A DNA stretch of 45,333 nt from UHGV virus genome UHGV-0213570, one strand, 5' to 3'. Each line of letters starts with the position of its first letter. Position 1 is the stretch's first letter. Below are positions 30,657 through 38,057 of the stretch, piece by piece. The notes under the pieces are model-generated. The model was not told the DNA's origin, made no database searches, and was given only the letters and a program-made list of their open reading frames with translations. Origin of the DNA: a virus. A program made the position numbers and the translations under genes.

Positions 30657-30684
30657 AGCCCCTTTCGGGGCTTTTTCTTTATCA
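30657..30684. terminator. rho-independent terminator ending the immunity cassette
   Basis: Hairpin AAAGCCCC-TTTC-GGGGCTTT followed by TTCTTTAT. Confidence 0.7.
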
Positions 30685-31398
30685 GGATACGGTGCAGGCC
30701 GTGCTGATAATAATTTCAGGGTCAGTAGATGAATCCGTTACCGTGACGGTGTATACACCAGCGGTTGGGCTTGCCAGTGTTGCGCCAGATTCGCCGCCGA
30801 CAACCACGCCATCTTTGCGCCACACGTAGGTGTAAGGAGCAACGCCACCTTCAACAGCAACAGTTAACGGGCTTCCAGTCGTGCCAGTTGATTGCAGGTC
30901 GGTAGTGAATGCCAGAGGTTCGAGACTTTCTACGGTAACGCTGTCAGAATCGTAAACCTTGAACTCAAGACTGCCGGTCACGATGTCGTTAGTGCCACCT
31001 TCGTAGCTGATGCTGGTGATGTTGCAGTAAGCGGTAACGATAGTTGCACCAGTTACCTGACGCACCCACAAAGAAGGCTGGCGACGCGCTTTAAGTTCAG
31101 TGGCGTAAATCTCAACCAGACGGTGGAAGCCAAACTCATCGCTCGGGTCATTCTTGCGGATTTCAACCTCTGCACTGATGGTCATATCAGAGCTGGTAAC
31201 GAGAGTGGAAACAAAACCGCCAGCAGTATCAGCTTCCGACGTAGTGGTCTGCGGCGAGTAGTCCACGCCTTTACTGGTGGTTGAGCCTAAATACTTCCAC
31301 TCTCCTGCCTCCGGAACTGCGTCACCGCACCCCTCAGCAAGGAACAGTCGGGTCATGCGACCGACCAGAACGCCTTTATCATTTGCACAAATAGCCAT
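30682..31398 (-). CDS. major tail protein with a C-terminal Ig-like (Big_2-type) domain
   Basis: N-terminal tail-tube-like region, then C-terminal beta-sandwich repeats (TVESLEPLAFTTDLQSTGTTGSPLTVAVEGGVAPYTYVW...TVTVTD). Located between the tail terminator gene and the TMP. Confidence 0.55.
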   Translation of the reverse strand: MAICANDKGVLVGRMTRLFLAEGCGDAVPEAGEWKYLGSTTSKGVDYSPQTTTSEADTAGGFVSTLVTSSDMTISAEVEIRKNDPSDEFGFHRLVEIYATELKARRQPSLWVRQVTGATIVTAYCNITSISYEGGTNDIVTGSLEFKVYDSDSVTVESLEPLAFTTDLQSTGTTGSPLTVAVEGGVAPYTYVWRKDGVVVGGESGATLASPTAGVYTVTVTDSSTDPEIIISTACTVS

Positions 31399-31449
31399 TT
31401 CTATCTCCGAATTGTGTTAGCTGCTAACGTGGTGATTATATCACAGGTG

Positions 31450-31478
31450 TTGACAGTGATTATTTTGTGGTGTAGATT
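31450..31478 (+). promoter_or_regulatory. consensus-like promoter TTGACA-N17-TAGATT upstream of the tRNA
   Basis: Sequence reads GGTGATTATATCAcagGTGTTGACAgtgattattttgtggTGTAGATTG. Confidence 0.55.
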
Positions 31479-31932
31479 GTATTTCAGATAGTTTTCGTGA
31501 GCGACTTTGCGGACTTTTTAGAAACTGACCACAAAGATAAATGCAAACGATAATGTTGTTCTGATGGCGGCGTAATAGCCTGCAAGTCAGCAAGGTATTC
31601 CGATTCCTTGTAAACAAATTCGGCGCACTGCGTCCGGTGTGATTAATAATGGGCACACAACAGGTAAGAGCACTGAGTCGATAATCGTGAAGAGTCGGCG
31701 TGCCTGGTTAGCCAGTGCTCTTTCCGTTGTGGTAATGCGGCTATGCGCACGCGGCAAGATGAAACGCACTCCATTTGAATGTTGCCTGCTGGAGTCATCG
31801 ACCAGCAATCTGGAGGCACCAGAGCTACAACACTTAATATCCAGCATTATCGCAATCATATATAGGGGTATGTATGGGTTACGGGGCTGGATATTAAGAA
31901 AGCACGCTGGCAATGCTTAAACCAGCACTTAT

Positions 31933-32009
31933 GGACGCGTAGCTTAATTGGTTAAAGCAACCGACTCATAATCGGCTGATTGAAGGTTCAAATCCGTCCG
32001 TGCCCACCA
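31933..32009 (+). tRNA. tRNA with anticodon CAT (Met, fMet or Ile2-lysidine type), CCA encoded
   Basis: Cloverleaf fold: acceptor GGACGCG/CGTGCCC (one A.C mismatch, one G.U pair), U8, D-stem GCTT/AAGC, D-loop with GG, anticodon loop CTCATAA, T-loop GTTCAAATC, ACCA end. Confidence 0.75.
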
Positions 32010-32014
32010 AATTA

Positions 32015-32044
32015 AAAGCCGCTTCATGCGGCTTTATTTATTTC
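32015..32044. terminator. terminator directly after the tRNA
   Basis: Hairpin AAAGCCGC-TTCAT-GCGGCTTT followed by ATTTATTT. Confidence 0.65.
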
Positions 32045-32412
32045 ACAACCCTCAGCAGCAACTCATGCACAGGTCGCTTCTCTTCCGTCAGCATCGGCCT
32101 ACCTAGCGGCGCCTGCAACTGGATGTAGTTAACGCATGAATCAATCGGATGCGTTTTGATGTATTCGATAATCTCATTAGCTTTGGCGTCAACATCTGAC
32201 ACGTTATACTGTCCATGTTTGCCGACAACATACAGCGAGAAATAGAAGTCACCGCCGAGGCCATCCATAATCTGCGTACCCCCGTTGGATTGCAGAACAA
32301 TAAATTGCTCGTTGCCATCTCCGGTGTCATTCCAGAACTGCAACTGCGAAGTCCAGCCATCATACAATCCGGCATCCTGAAGATATGCATCAACCAGTTC
32401 AAGCATGTTCAT
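32038..32412 (-). CDS. tail terminator protein (gpU-like by position)
   Basis: 124-aa ORF immediately upstream of the major tail gene. Confidence 0.4.
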   Translation of the reverse strand: MNMLELVDAYLQDAGLYDGWTSQLQFWNDTGDGNEQFIVLQSNGGTQIMDGLGGDFYFSLYVVGKHGQYNVSDVDAKANEIIEYIKTHPIDSCVNYIQLQAPLGRPMLTEEKRPVHELLLRVVK

Positions 32413-32810
32413 AGTTTCATCTCGCGTCTTATTGTGCGGTAAACGAGTTCCTTTGTTCTGTTAGCTGCTAACTCAAGAAACTTAGGCTCCCCTTCCGGGT
32501 CCCAATAGTTACCTTTACCGCTTCTTCTCGGTTTGCCCATCAACTTTCCTGAAGCCTCGTGCACGTAGTATGCATATCTCGCTGTGTAGCCGACCTTGCC
32601 AGTTATTCTGGTGCCATTAATTTCAACCACATCAAACTGACTATTTATGAGATTTGATGTATCAATTGGCGTATAAACGGCAGCCTCAGTTCTGATTATA
32701 TAGTTTGCTGATTTAACGGCACGAACAGCCTTTAGCGATATAACGTCATCAATTATGTCCAGCGTCTTCTGCCTTGCTTCGTTAATGCCTCGAAGTTTCG
32801 CTACCATCAT
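32409..32810 (-). CDS. tail completion / head-tail joining protein, HK97 gp10 family
   Basis: HK97 gp10-like signature YTARYAYYVHE...GKGNYW. Confidence 0.55.
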   Translation of the reverse strand: MMVAKLRGINEARQKTLDIIDDVISLKAVRAVKSANYIIRTEAAVYTPIDTSNLINSQFDVVEINGTRITGKVGYTARYAYYVHEASGKLMGKPRRSGKGNYWDPEGEPKFLELAANRTKELVYRTIRREMKL

Positions 32811-33154
32811 GTCACCAATGCGAAATCAGGTGGCTCATTTCTTTGGAAAGTGTTGCCATAATTAATCACATTCAGAATCTGGTTTGCACCAGCCGCCAGC
32901 GGGTCAGCTTCTGTCACCGCGCCAATCATGATGTAATCACCTACCTTAGCGCCAGTGTATTCTGTCCAGAAAGTATTCTTCTGCACAATCTCATTGCCTT
33001 TCGCGTCAGTCGATACATCATCGTTAAAGCCATAATCGCACATGATGCTTACTGGCGCGTCAAAAGTCGGCTTGCCGTACTTGTCAGTGCCGCTTTTGTG
33101 CCAGATGGTGCATGGCTGCGTATAGCTCCAGTTAGCCAGTGAAGTCATTTGCAC
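32807..33154 (-). CDS. head-tail joining protein
   Basis: 115-aa ORF in the connector block. Confidence 0.45.
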   Translation of the reverse strand: MQMTSLANWSYTQPCTIWHKSGTDKYGKPTFDAPVSIMCDYGFNDDVSTDAKGNEIVQKNTFWTEYTGAKVGDYIMIGAVTEADPLAAGANQILNVINYGNTFQRNEPPDFALVT

Positions 33155-33537
33155 TTACTCCCGCGCACAACCGCAAACCACGGTTTTCCGCTTCCGCCAG
33201 GGTCTTCCACTAAATCGCCAGTGCATCCGGCTGTATCCAGTAGCTTCATCTGATTGTACAGCGCCACCCACGGCTTGCTGCCATATGCGAATGATTGCGA
33301 TGCGCCAGAAGGTGCGCTCTGACTGGTAACGTAGCGACCAGCGGTATTTGCGCTAATCAGGATTGAAGCCCACAACATGATCGCATTTTGTCGGCATTCA
33401 TCATTAGGGTAGTTTAGCTCAAGGCATTCACTGATTGATGCCACAAGGCACAGAATGCCAGACGCATCCGTTGTGGTGATGGTCATCCCGCGATTCGCCA
33501 TCTGGCTTACTAATTCTTCAGGTGTTGGTGCTGCCAT
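33145..33537 (-). CDS. head-tail connector protein
   Basis: 130-aa ORF from the internal ATG 33537. Confidence 0.4.
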   Translation of the reverse strand: MAAPTPEELVSQMANRGMTITTTDASGILCLVASISECLELNYPNDECRQNAIMLWASILISANTAGRYVTSQSAPSGASQSFAYGSKPWVALYNQMKLLDTAGCTGDLVEDPGGSGKPWFAVVRGSKCK

Positions 33538-33802
33538 TTTTCTTCGACTCCCGTACCTTCCACCACATTTCAAACAGGTTCTTTATTACCAGAGACAGAG
33601 CGCCGAGGATTGACGCTACCGCCGCCCACTCTGTCAGGCTGTGTGGAATCATCGCTTCAAAATAAGATTGCGTGACAGGTGTTTGCTCTGCAACCTTCAG
33701 GCCGATGCCAGTGCCAATAGAAGCGTATCCAGCTTTGTCAATCACCTGCCCTGCCGTTCCGCTTATAATCTGCTCTGCGGCCTGCCTTAGTGCTCCGTTC
33801 AT
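33518..33802 (-). CDS. hypothetical 94-aa protein with a C-terminal TM segment
   Basis: C-terminal sequence WAAVASILGALSLVIKNLF. Confidence 0.35.
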   Translation of the reverse strand: MNGALRQAAEQIISGTAGQVIDKAGYASIGTGIGLKVAEQTPVTQSYFEAMIPHSLTEWAAVASILGALSLVIKNLFEMWWKVRESKKNGSTNT

Positions 33803-33834
33803 TGTGCGTCTCGCTGATGATATGTTTCCAGCAC

Positions 33835-34275
33835 TTATAGATTTGAATCAGCGAAAAAACAATGGCGACCACGCCAAGAATAATGTCCAATTTCGCCGCC
33901 CCATTTAAAAGTGATGGAAAGGATGAACAGATGGATGCCGATAATAATAAATGCGTACTGCGCATGAAGCGGCGTTTCTACAGGCGTGATAAACTCCCAT
34001 ACGAATGACTCTATCGCAACCAGCCATTCGTAAAGGCTCATCGTCAGCACGCAGAGCGCCATCTTTGTACTTTTGCGCAGCGCAATAGCCGGAAACAACC
34101 AGACCATAGACTGCGCAAGGTAATACAGATATTCGGCGGGAAATGAATCAACAAGCACCCATCCAAGATACACAGACATCACCATTGCCGGAATGAACAC
34201 CAGAAACGCAACCATGCCAGTGCAGGCGAAACCCAGCACATACATGATTATGATGGCAATATCTGCGCCGAACAT
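33835..34275 (-). CDS. polytopic membrane protein (146 aa)
   Basis: Four hydrophobic segments. Coupled through a TAATG overlap to the upstream basic peptide. Confidence 0.5.
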   Translation of the reverse strand: MFGADIAIIIMYVLGFACTGMVAFLVFIPAMVMSVYLGWVLVDSFPAEYLYYLAQSMVWLFPAIALRKSTKMALCVLTMSLYEWLVAIESFVWEFITPVETPLHAQYAFIIIGIHLFILSITFKWGGEIGHYSWRGRHCFFADSNL

Positions 34276-34394
34276 TATTTTTTACCGCGCGATGGTGAGC
34301 GGGTGGATCCGTTTGGCTTAACTGCGCCAGTTTTACCGCCAGTCTTGGTGTTGCCAGTAGCGCGTGAACGAGAGGGCGAATTGGTGGAACCCAT
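34275..34394 (-). CDS. 39-aa highly basic low-complexity peptide (MGSTNSPSRSRATGNTKTGGKTGAVKPNGSTRSPSRGKK)
   Basis: RBS AGGAG 7 nt upstream of ATG 34394. Not in the ORF track. Confidence 0.35.
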   Translation of the reverse strand: MGSTNSPSRSRATGNTKTGGKTGAVKPNGSTRSPSRGKK

Positions 34395-34441
34395 GATTGA
34401 ATCTCCTGTTGTTTGATTAGCATGATTTTAGCATATTCCTG

Positions 34442-34470
34442 TTGACGTAGATTGATGAGGCGTTTATAGT
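34442..34470 (+). promoter_or_regulatory. promoter TTGACG-N17-TATAGT with TTGACGTAGATTGATG and GTGACGTAGAAAC boxes
   Basis: Precedes RBS GAGGTGA and ATG 34512. Confidence 0.5.
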
Positions 34471-34511
34471 TAGTGACGTAGAAACAACAATAAATGTTAG
34501 AGGTGAATGAG

Positions 34512-34829
34512 ATGAAAGATGTATTCAAAGGTACAAAAGGCCCGTGGGCATTCAAGAAAGAAAAAGGCGAGCAGGAGTGGTTTGTGTTTCAGGCAGGCAC
34601 GTTAAAGAAAAGATATGGCGGTACTATCAGAACTCCAGTGGCAGAAGAAATTAATGATAAACATGACGCCCAACTTATCGCCTCGGCACCAGAATTACTC
34701 GAAGCACTCCGCCAGCTTCGCGATTACGTTGAGGATGTTTGCGCAGTATCTTCTGATGATTGTCATGAAGATCATCCATTAAATCTGGCGAACAAAGCAA
34801 TCAAGAAAGCATTAGGAAAGAAACAATGA
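34512..34829 (+). CDS. A-family small protein, paralog of 1287..1586
   Basis: Motifs FKGTKGPW and DAQLIASAPELLEALRQL, ending KAIKKALGK. Its stop overlaps the ParB-like gene start. Confidence 0.6.
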   Translation: MKDVFKGTKGPWAFKKEKGEQEWFVFQAGTLKKRYGGTIRTPVAEEINDKHDAQLIASAPELLEALRQLRDYVEDVCAVSSDDCHEDHPLNLANKAIKKALGKKQ

Positions 34830-35635
34830 AAACACTCAGCAAAATCTATTCAGACAAAGAGACGCGTAACGGCATCGCTGTAAACAAAACCTATCTTGTG
34901 CCAGTTGAGCAAATCTATCTGGAACCGGGATATAACATCCGTGAAGCGGACGAGCAACACGTTGAATATTTCGCGCAGTGCTGGGAATCAGGTCAGCCGC
35001 TGCCAGCATTAACAGTTATTCCAGACGAGAAAGGAATACGCATTCTTGATGGTCAGCATCGCTATCTCGGTGCATTGCGTGCCATTGAGCGCGGCGCGCC
35101 AATCGTTCGTATTGAGTGCAAGGATTTCACTGGCGACGAGGCTGACAAAATCGCCTTCATGGTGTCATCCAGTCAAGGGAAACAGCTCGACCCGTTTGAG
35201 CGCGCAAAGGCTTATACGCGACTGAAAGGCTTTGGTTGGACTAACGAAGAAATCGCCAGGAAGGTAGGCCGCTCAGTATCTGACGTGCAGATGCATCTGT
35301 CACTGGGTGATGTGCCAGCCGAAGTGAAAGCGCGCATCAGTGCAGGACAAATCAGCTATGCAAATGCCGTAGCAGTAACGCGTGAGCATGGCGATGATGC
35401 GGTTAAAGTTATCGACGAAGCAGTAGAAGAAGCAAAGGCGCAAGGAAAGGATAAGGTCACGGCGAAGGTGCTGAAGTCGAAAAAGATTAAGCCAGTAGAC
35501 CGTCTGATTGAGTTATTGAAGCCAGCAGACCACGTGATTCTCCCTGCTGGTCATGTGGTAGCAGAGGATGAGGAGTTTATCCAGATTCCTGTTGCTGATA
35601 TTCATGAGGTCATGGCAATTCTGGAGAAGATGTGA
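34826..35635 (+). CDS. ParB-like nuclease domain protein
   Basis: ParB/Srx N-terminal signature IRILDGQHRYLGALRA, followed by a K/E-rich C-terminal region. Confidence 0.6.
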   Translation: MKTLSKIYSDKETRNGIAVNKTYLVPVEQIYLEPGYNIREADEQHVEYFAQCWESGQPLPALTVIPDEKGIRILDGQHRYLGALRAIERGAPIVRIECKDFTGDEADKIAFMVSSSQGKQLDPFERAKAYTRLKGFGWTNEEIARKVGRSVSDVQMHLSLGDVPAEVKARISAGQISYANAVAVTREHGDDAVKVIDEAVEEAKAQGKDKVTAKVLKSKKIKPVDRLIELLKPADHVILPAGHVVAEDEEFIQIPVADIHEVMAILEKM

Positions 35636-35835
35636 TGATTACAATTGGTACGCTGGCAACAAATATAAATGTTGGTGATTTTATTCTTTTGCCAAATGGA
35701 TATACCGAAGAAGTTGCGAAAGTGCATCATCAGGAGAATATAGTTTGCCTGGAATTTGTCAGGAAAGGAGGGGCAATTAAATCAAGATGGTGGCTTATGA
35801 TTGATGAGGTTGCCAGCGTCGTGGAGAGTTGGTAA
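35632..35835 (+). CDS. hypothetical 67-aa protein
   Basis: Coupled ORF. Confidence 0.4.
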   Translation: MMITIGTLATNINVGDFILLPNGYTEEVAKVHHQENIVCLEFVRKGGAIKSRWWLMIDEVASVVESW

Positions 35836-36008
35836 TGACACCAGAACAATTCATCGAAAAACAACTTCGCGCCAAGCTGCTTGACATCGACCAGATGGCA
35901 ATTGATGCGGCGATTCAGTATTACAGGCGTCACCAGAGCGCAAAGAAGGGTGGCATTTTTGAAGAATGCCTGAAAGTTGCAAAACAACACATGATTAAGG
36001 TGAAGTGA
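35835..36008 (+). CDS. hypothetical 57-aa protein
   Basis: TAATG overlap with the upstream gene. Not in the ORF track. Confidence 0.35.
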   Translation: MTPEQFIEKQLRAKLLDIDQMAIDAAIQYYRRHQSAKKGGIFEECLKVAKQHMIKVK

Positions 36009-36547
36009 TGAAACTAAAAATAAGTAAATTATTGCTTGAATCAGCATTAATATTTCAGGCGCGAAATGATGTTCGTTACTACCTGAACGGAATCTGCTTT
36101 ATGCCTGATGGTCGCATTGCATCAACTGACGGTCATCGCGCATTTATTGGCGGCAGCCATGACAGCGAGATTGCTGAAAATATAATTGTAAAGGTCAGCA
36201 AGTGTCCGACAAAGAAATATAACCATGCGATAATCGATACAAAATCTGGAATCGTTACCTATCATTTTGGTCATATGGACACAATGGTTGGTGCTGGTAT
36301 CTGCGAAGAGATTGATGGTCGATTCCCTGATATTGATCGTGTTATACCTAAGGAAACGAAAGCAGTAGAGGAGATTGGATTTAATGCTGGCTATCTGGTT
36401 GATATTGAGAAAGTGGCGAAGCTGTTTAATCCTAAATTCCGTGGTGTCAAATTTGAACTGAATGGAAACACAAATGCCGCAGCTTGCTGTCTTAGTGCTC
36501 CATCTGGCGAGACTGCGAAGATTGTTGTTATGCCGGTGCGTCTGTAG
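36005..36547 (+). CDS. half-size DnaN (DNA polymerase III beta sliding clamp)-like protein
   Basis: Recognisable DnaN blocks: NDVRYYLNGICF (DnaN HQDVRYYLNGMLF), STDGHRAF (ATDGHRLA), DGRFPDIDRVIPK (DGRFPDYRRVLPK), KFRGVKFEL (KFRGVRLYV) and the C-terminus IVVMPVRL (YVVMPMRL). It is only 180 aa, whereas DnaN is about 366. Confidence 0.6.
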   Translation: MMKLKISKLLLESALIFQARNDVRYYLNGICFMPDGRIASTDGHRAFIGGSHDSEIAENIIVKVSKCPTKKYNHAIIDTKSGIVTYHFGHMDTMVGAGICEEIDGRFPDIDRVIPKETKAVEEIGFNAGYLVDIEKVAKLFNPKFRGVKFELNGNTNAAACCLSAPSGETAKIVVMPVRL

Positions 36548-36552
36548 CAATA

Positions 36553-36581
36553 AAAAGCCCCGTGAAGGGGCTTTTCTTTTA
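36553..36581. terminator. terminator ending the A-prime/ParB/DnaN-like cassette
   Basis: Hairpin AAAGCCCCG-TGAA-GGGGCTTT followed by TCTTTTAT. Confidence 0.7.
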
Positions 36582-37400
36582 TCACGCCAGATAAGTATCA
36601 TCCTCAAACCACGAGACATACGCATTGATATTCTGCACCGCAGTATCCAGAGAGGTGATGCGCAGCAGGTAGGTGGTATTAGGCGCCATGATGATCTGCT
36701 CACCTAGTATTGCCTGCGAATTACCCTGCCCCTGATTAGATGCGTTACCCTCGCTATATGTTGCTGCGACAGTCAGTTGTCCAATACTTGTGATCGTGGA
36801 GCCAGTCAGAAGCTGCGCCGTTGCAGTATGCGACGCTATGTCATTTGGGTTATTAATCTCCGCAGCAGTGCCGCCAGTGGCTACAGCTCCACGGTAGATT
36901 GACGCTACGACACCCTTACCGGTGTAGCCGATGATGCGTTGATTAAAAACGACCTGTTTTGAGCCGGTAATAAAAATACTGTCAAGGTTAGCTCCGCCAG
37001 CAACGTCAGTCACGCGACGCGATGCGGTGAATAACTTCCCTTGCTTGTTAGCAAACTCTGCATAGGGCTGCGCGACAACCTGACTTGATGGTACTGATGT
37101 GGCAGATCGCCATACCAGGACTTTCAGGGATGCAATGCCAGCAGGTATCTGTGACTTGATCACCTTCAGTCGCAGCGCTACGCCATAATAATTATTATTG
37201 TTAACGTCAATCCAGAAATCACCGGATGAAAACGGCGATACCATTACAGAAATAGATCCGCCTGTTAATGGCTCATAGCCACCGGAAGAATTTAGCGGCA
37301 CAATCTGCACCTGTAATGCTGACCAGTCCGCAGACATGGTTTCGCTAAGCAAAACCTCTCCATCATCCGGAGTTGTGTTTATTTCGTATCTTACAGCCAT
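36582..37400 (-). CDS. structural protein of unknown role (272 aa, Thr/Gly/Ser-rich)
   Basis: ORF downstream of the capsid genes. No recognisable motif. Confidence 0.35.
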   Translation of the reverse strand: MAVRYEINTTPDDGEVLLSETMSADWSALQVQIVPLNSSGGYEPLTGGSISVMVSPFSSGDFWIDVNNNNYYGVALRLKVIKSQIPAGIASLKVLVWRSATSVPSSQVVAQPYAEFANKQGKLFTASRRVTDVAGGANLDSIFITGSKQVVFNQRIIGYTGKGVVASIYRGAVATGGTAAEINNPNDIASHTATAQLLTGSTITSIGQLTVAATYSEGNASNQGQGNSQAILGEQIIMAPNTTYLLRITSLDTAVQNINAYVSWFEDDTYLA

Positions 37401-37440
37401 AGGAACCCCCAATAAAAAACCCGCATTATGCGGGTTCAGT

Positions 37441-37638
37441 TTACTCTGCTTTCTTTCTCTTTGTCGTCTTTTCTTGCGGGGTTGCGACTTCGAAAGACTT
37501 TTCCAGTTCTGGCATGATGCGCAGTTTTGGTAGCAGATGCTCGTCTGGTTCGGTAATCACCTCGCCAAGCTGCAATTCACGAATCTTGCCTTTCTCTTTA
37601 ACAAATATTCCGCGTGCGATAACTTCGTATTTAGCCAT
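37441..37638 (-). CDS. hypothetical 65-aa protein
   Basis: ORF whose start overlaps the stop of the upstream gene. Confidence 0.4.
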   Translation of the reverse strand: MAKYEVIARGIFVKEKGKIRELQLGEVITEPDEHLLPKLRIMPELEKSFEVATPQEKTTKRKKAE

Positions 37639-38011
37639 TATTCACCTCCGAAAGATTCTGCTTAAGGAGATAACCCTCAAGCATCCAGATTTTATTTACC
37701 GCATTCTCTCTGGCAATCTTGCGACCAATTTCAGCATCGAAATTCTCTGGACTGACGCAGGCGCTTTCTCCGGTCACGGTGAATCCGTTTTTCAACACCA
37801 ATACGCAGAATGTGATAAGTTTTAATGATTCATGGCTCGAACGCAAGTCAAGTGCTGACTTGTATTTTGCCCACGCACCATCTCCACCAATGCCATCATA
37901 ACCCGTAAAGTAGTGCTCGCTGACAATGATACCTTCAATGTGTTGCCCGGTTACCCGTGGCGCTTCACGGCCTTTGCCCTGAATCTCTTGCTCAATGTTT
38001 TTGCTGGTCAT
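37631..38011 (-). CDS. hypothetical 126-aa protein
   Basis: ORF downstream of the MCP. Confidence 0.4.
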   Translation of the reverse strand: MTSKNIEQEIQGKGREAPRVTGQHIEGIIVSEHYFTGYDGIGGDGAWAKYKSALDLRSSHESLKLITFCVLVLKNGFTVTGESACVSPENFDAEIGRKIARENAVNKIWMLEGYLLKQNLSEVNNG

Positions 38012-38017
38012 TATAGC

Positions 38018-38057
38018 CTCTGATAGTTAAAAGGGGCTTTCGCCCCCTTTATTTATT
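38018..38057. terminator. strong hairpin immediately after the major capsid gene
   Basis: Hairpin AAAGGGGC-TTTC-GCCCCCTTT, with TTTATTTATT on the plus strand and a short U-run on the minus strand. Confidence 0.5.

Noticed and set aside
31639-31920. 93-aa plus-strand ORF between promoter and tRNA (and 108-aa minus ORF 31587..31913)
   Set aside because: No RBS, and the region shows long-range inverted repeats. It is more consistent with a structured leader or ncRNA. Left uncalled as CDS.
31933-32009. tRNA on the minus strand
   Set aside because: The canonical T-loop (GTTCAAATC), D-loop GG and ACCA end are only present in plus-strand orientation.
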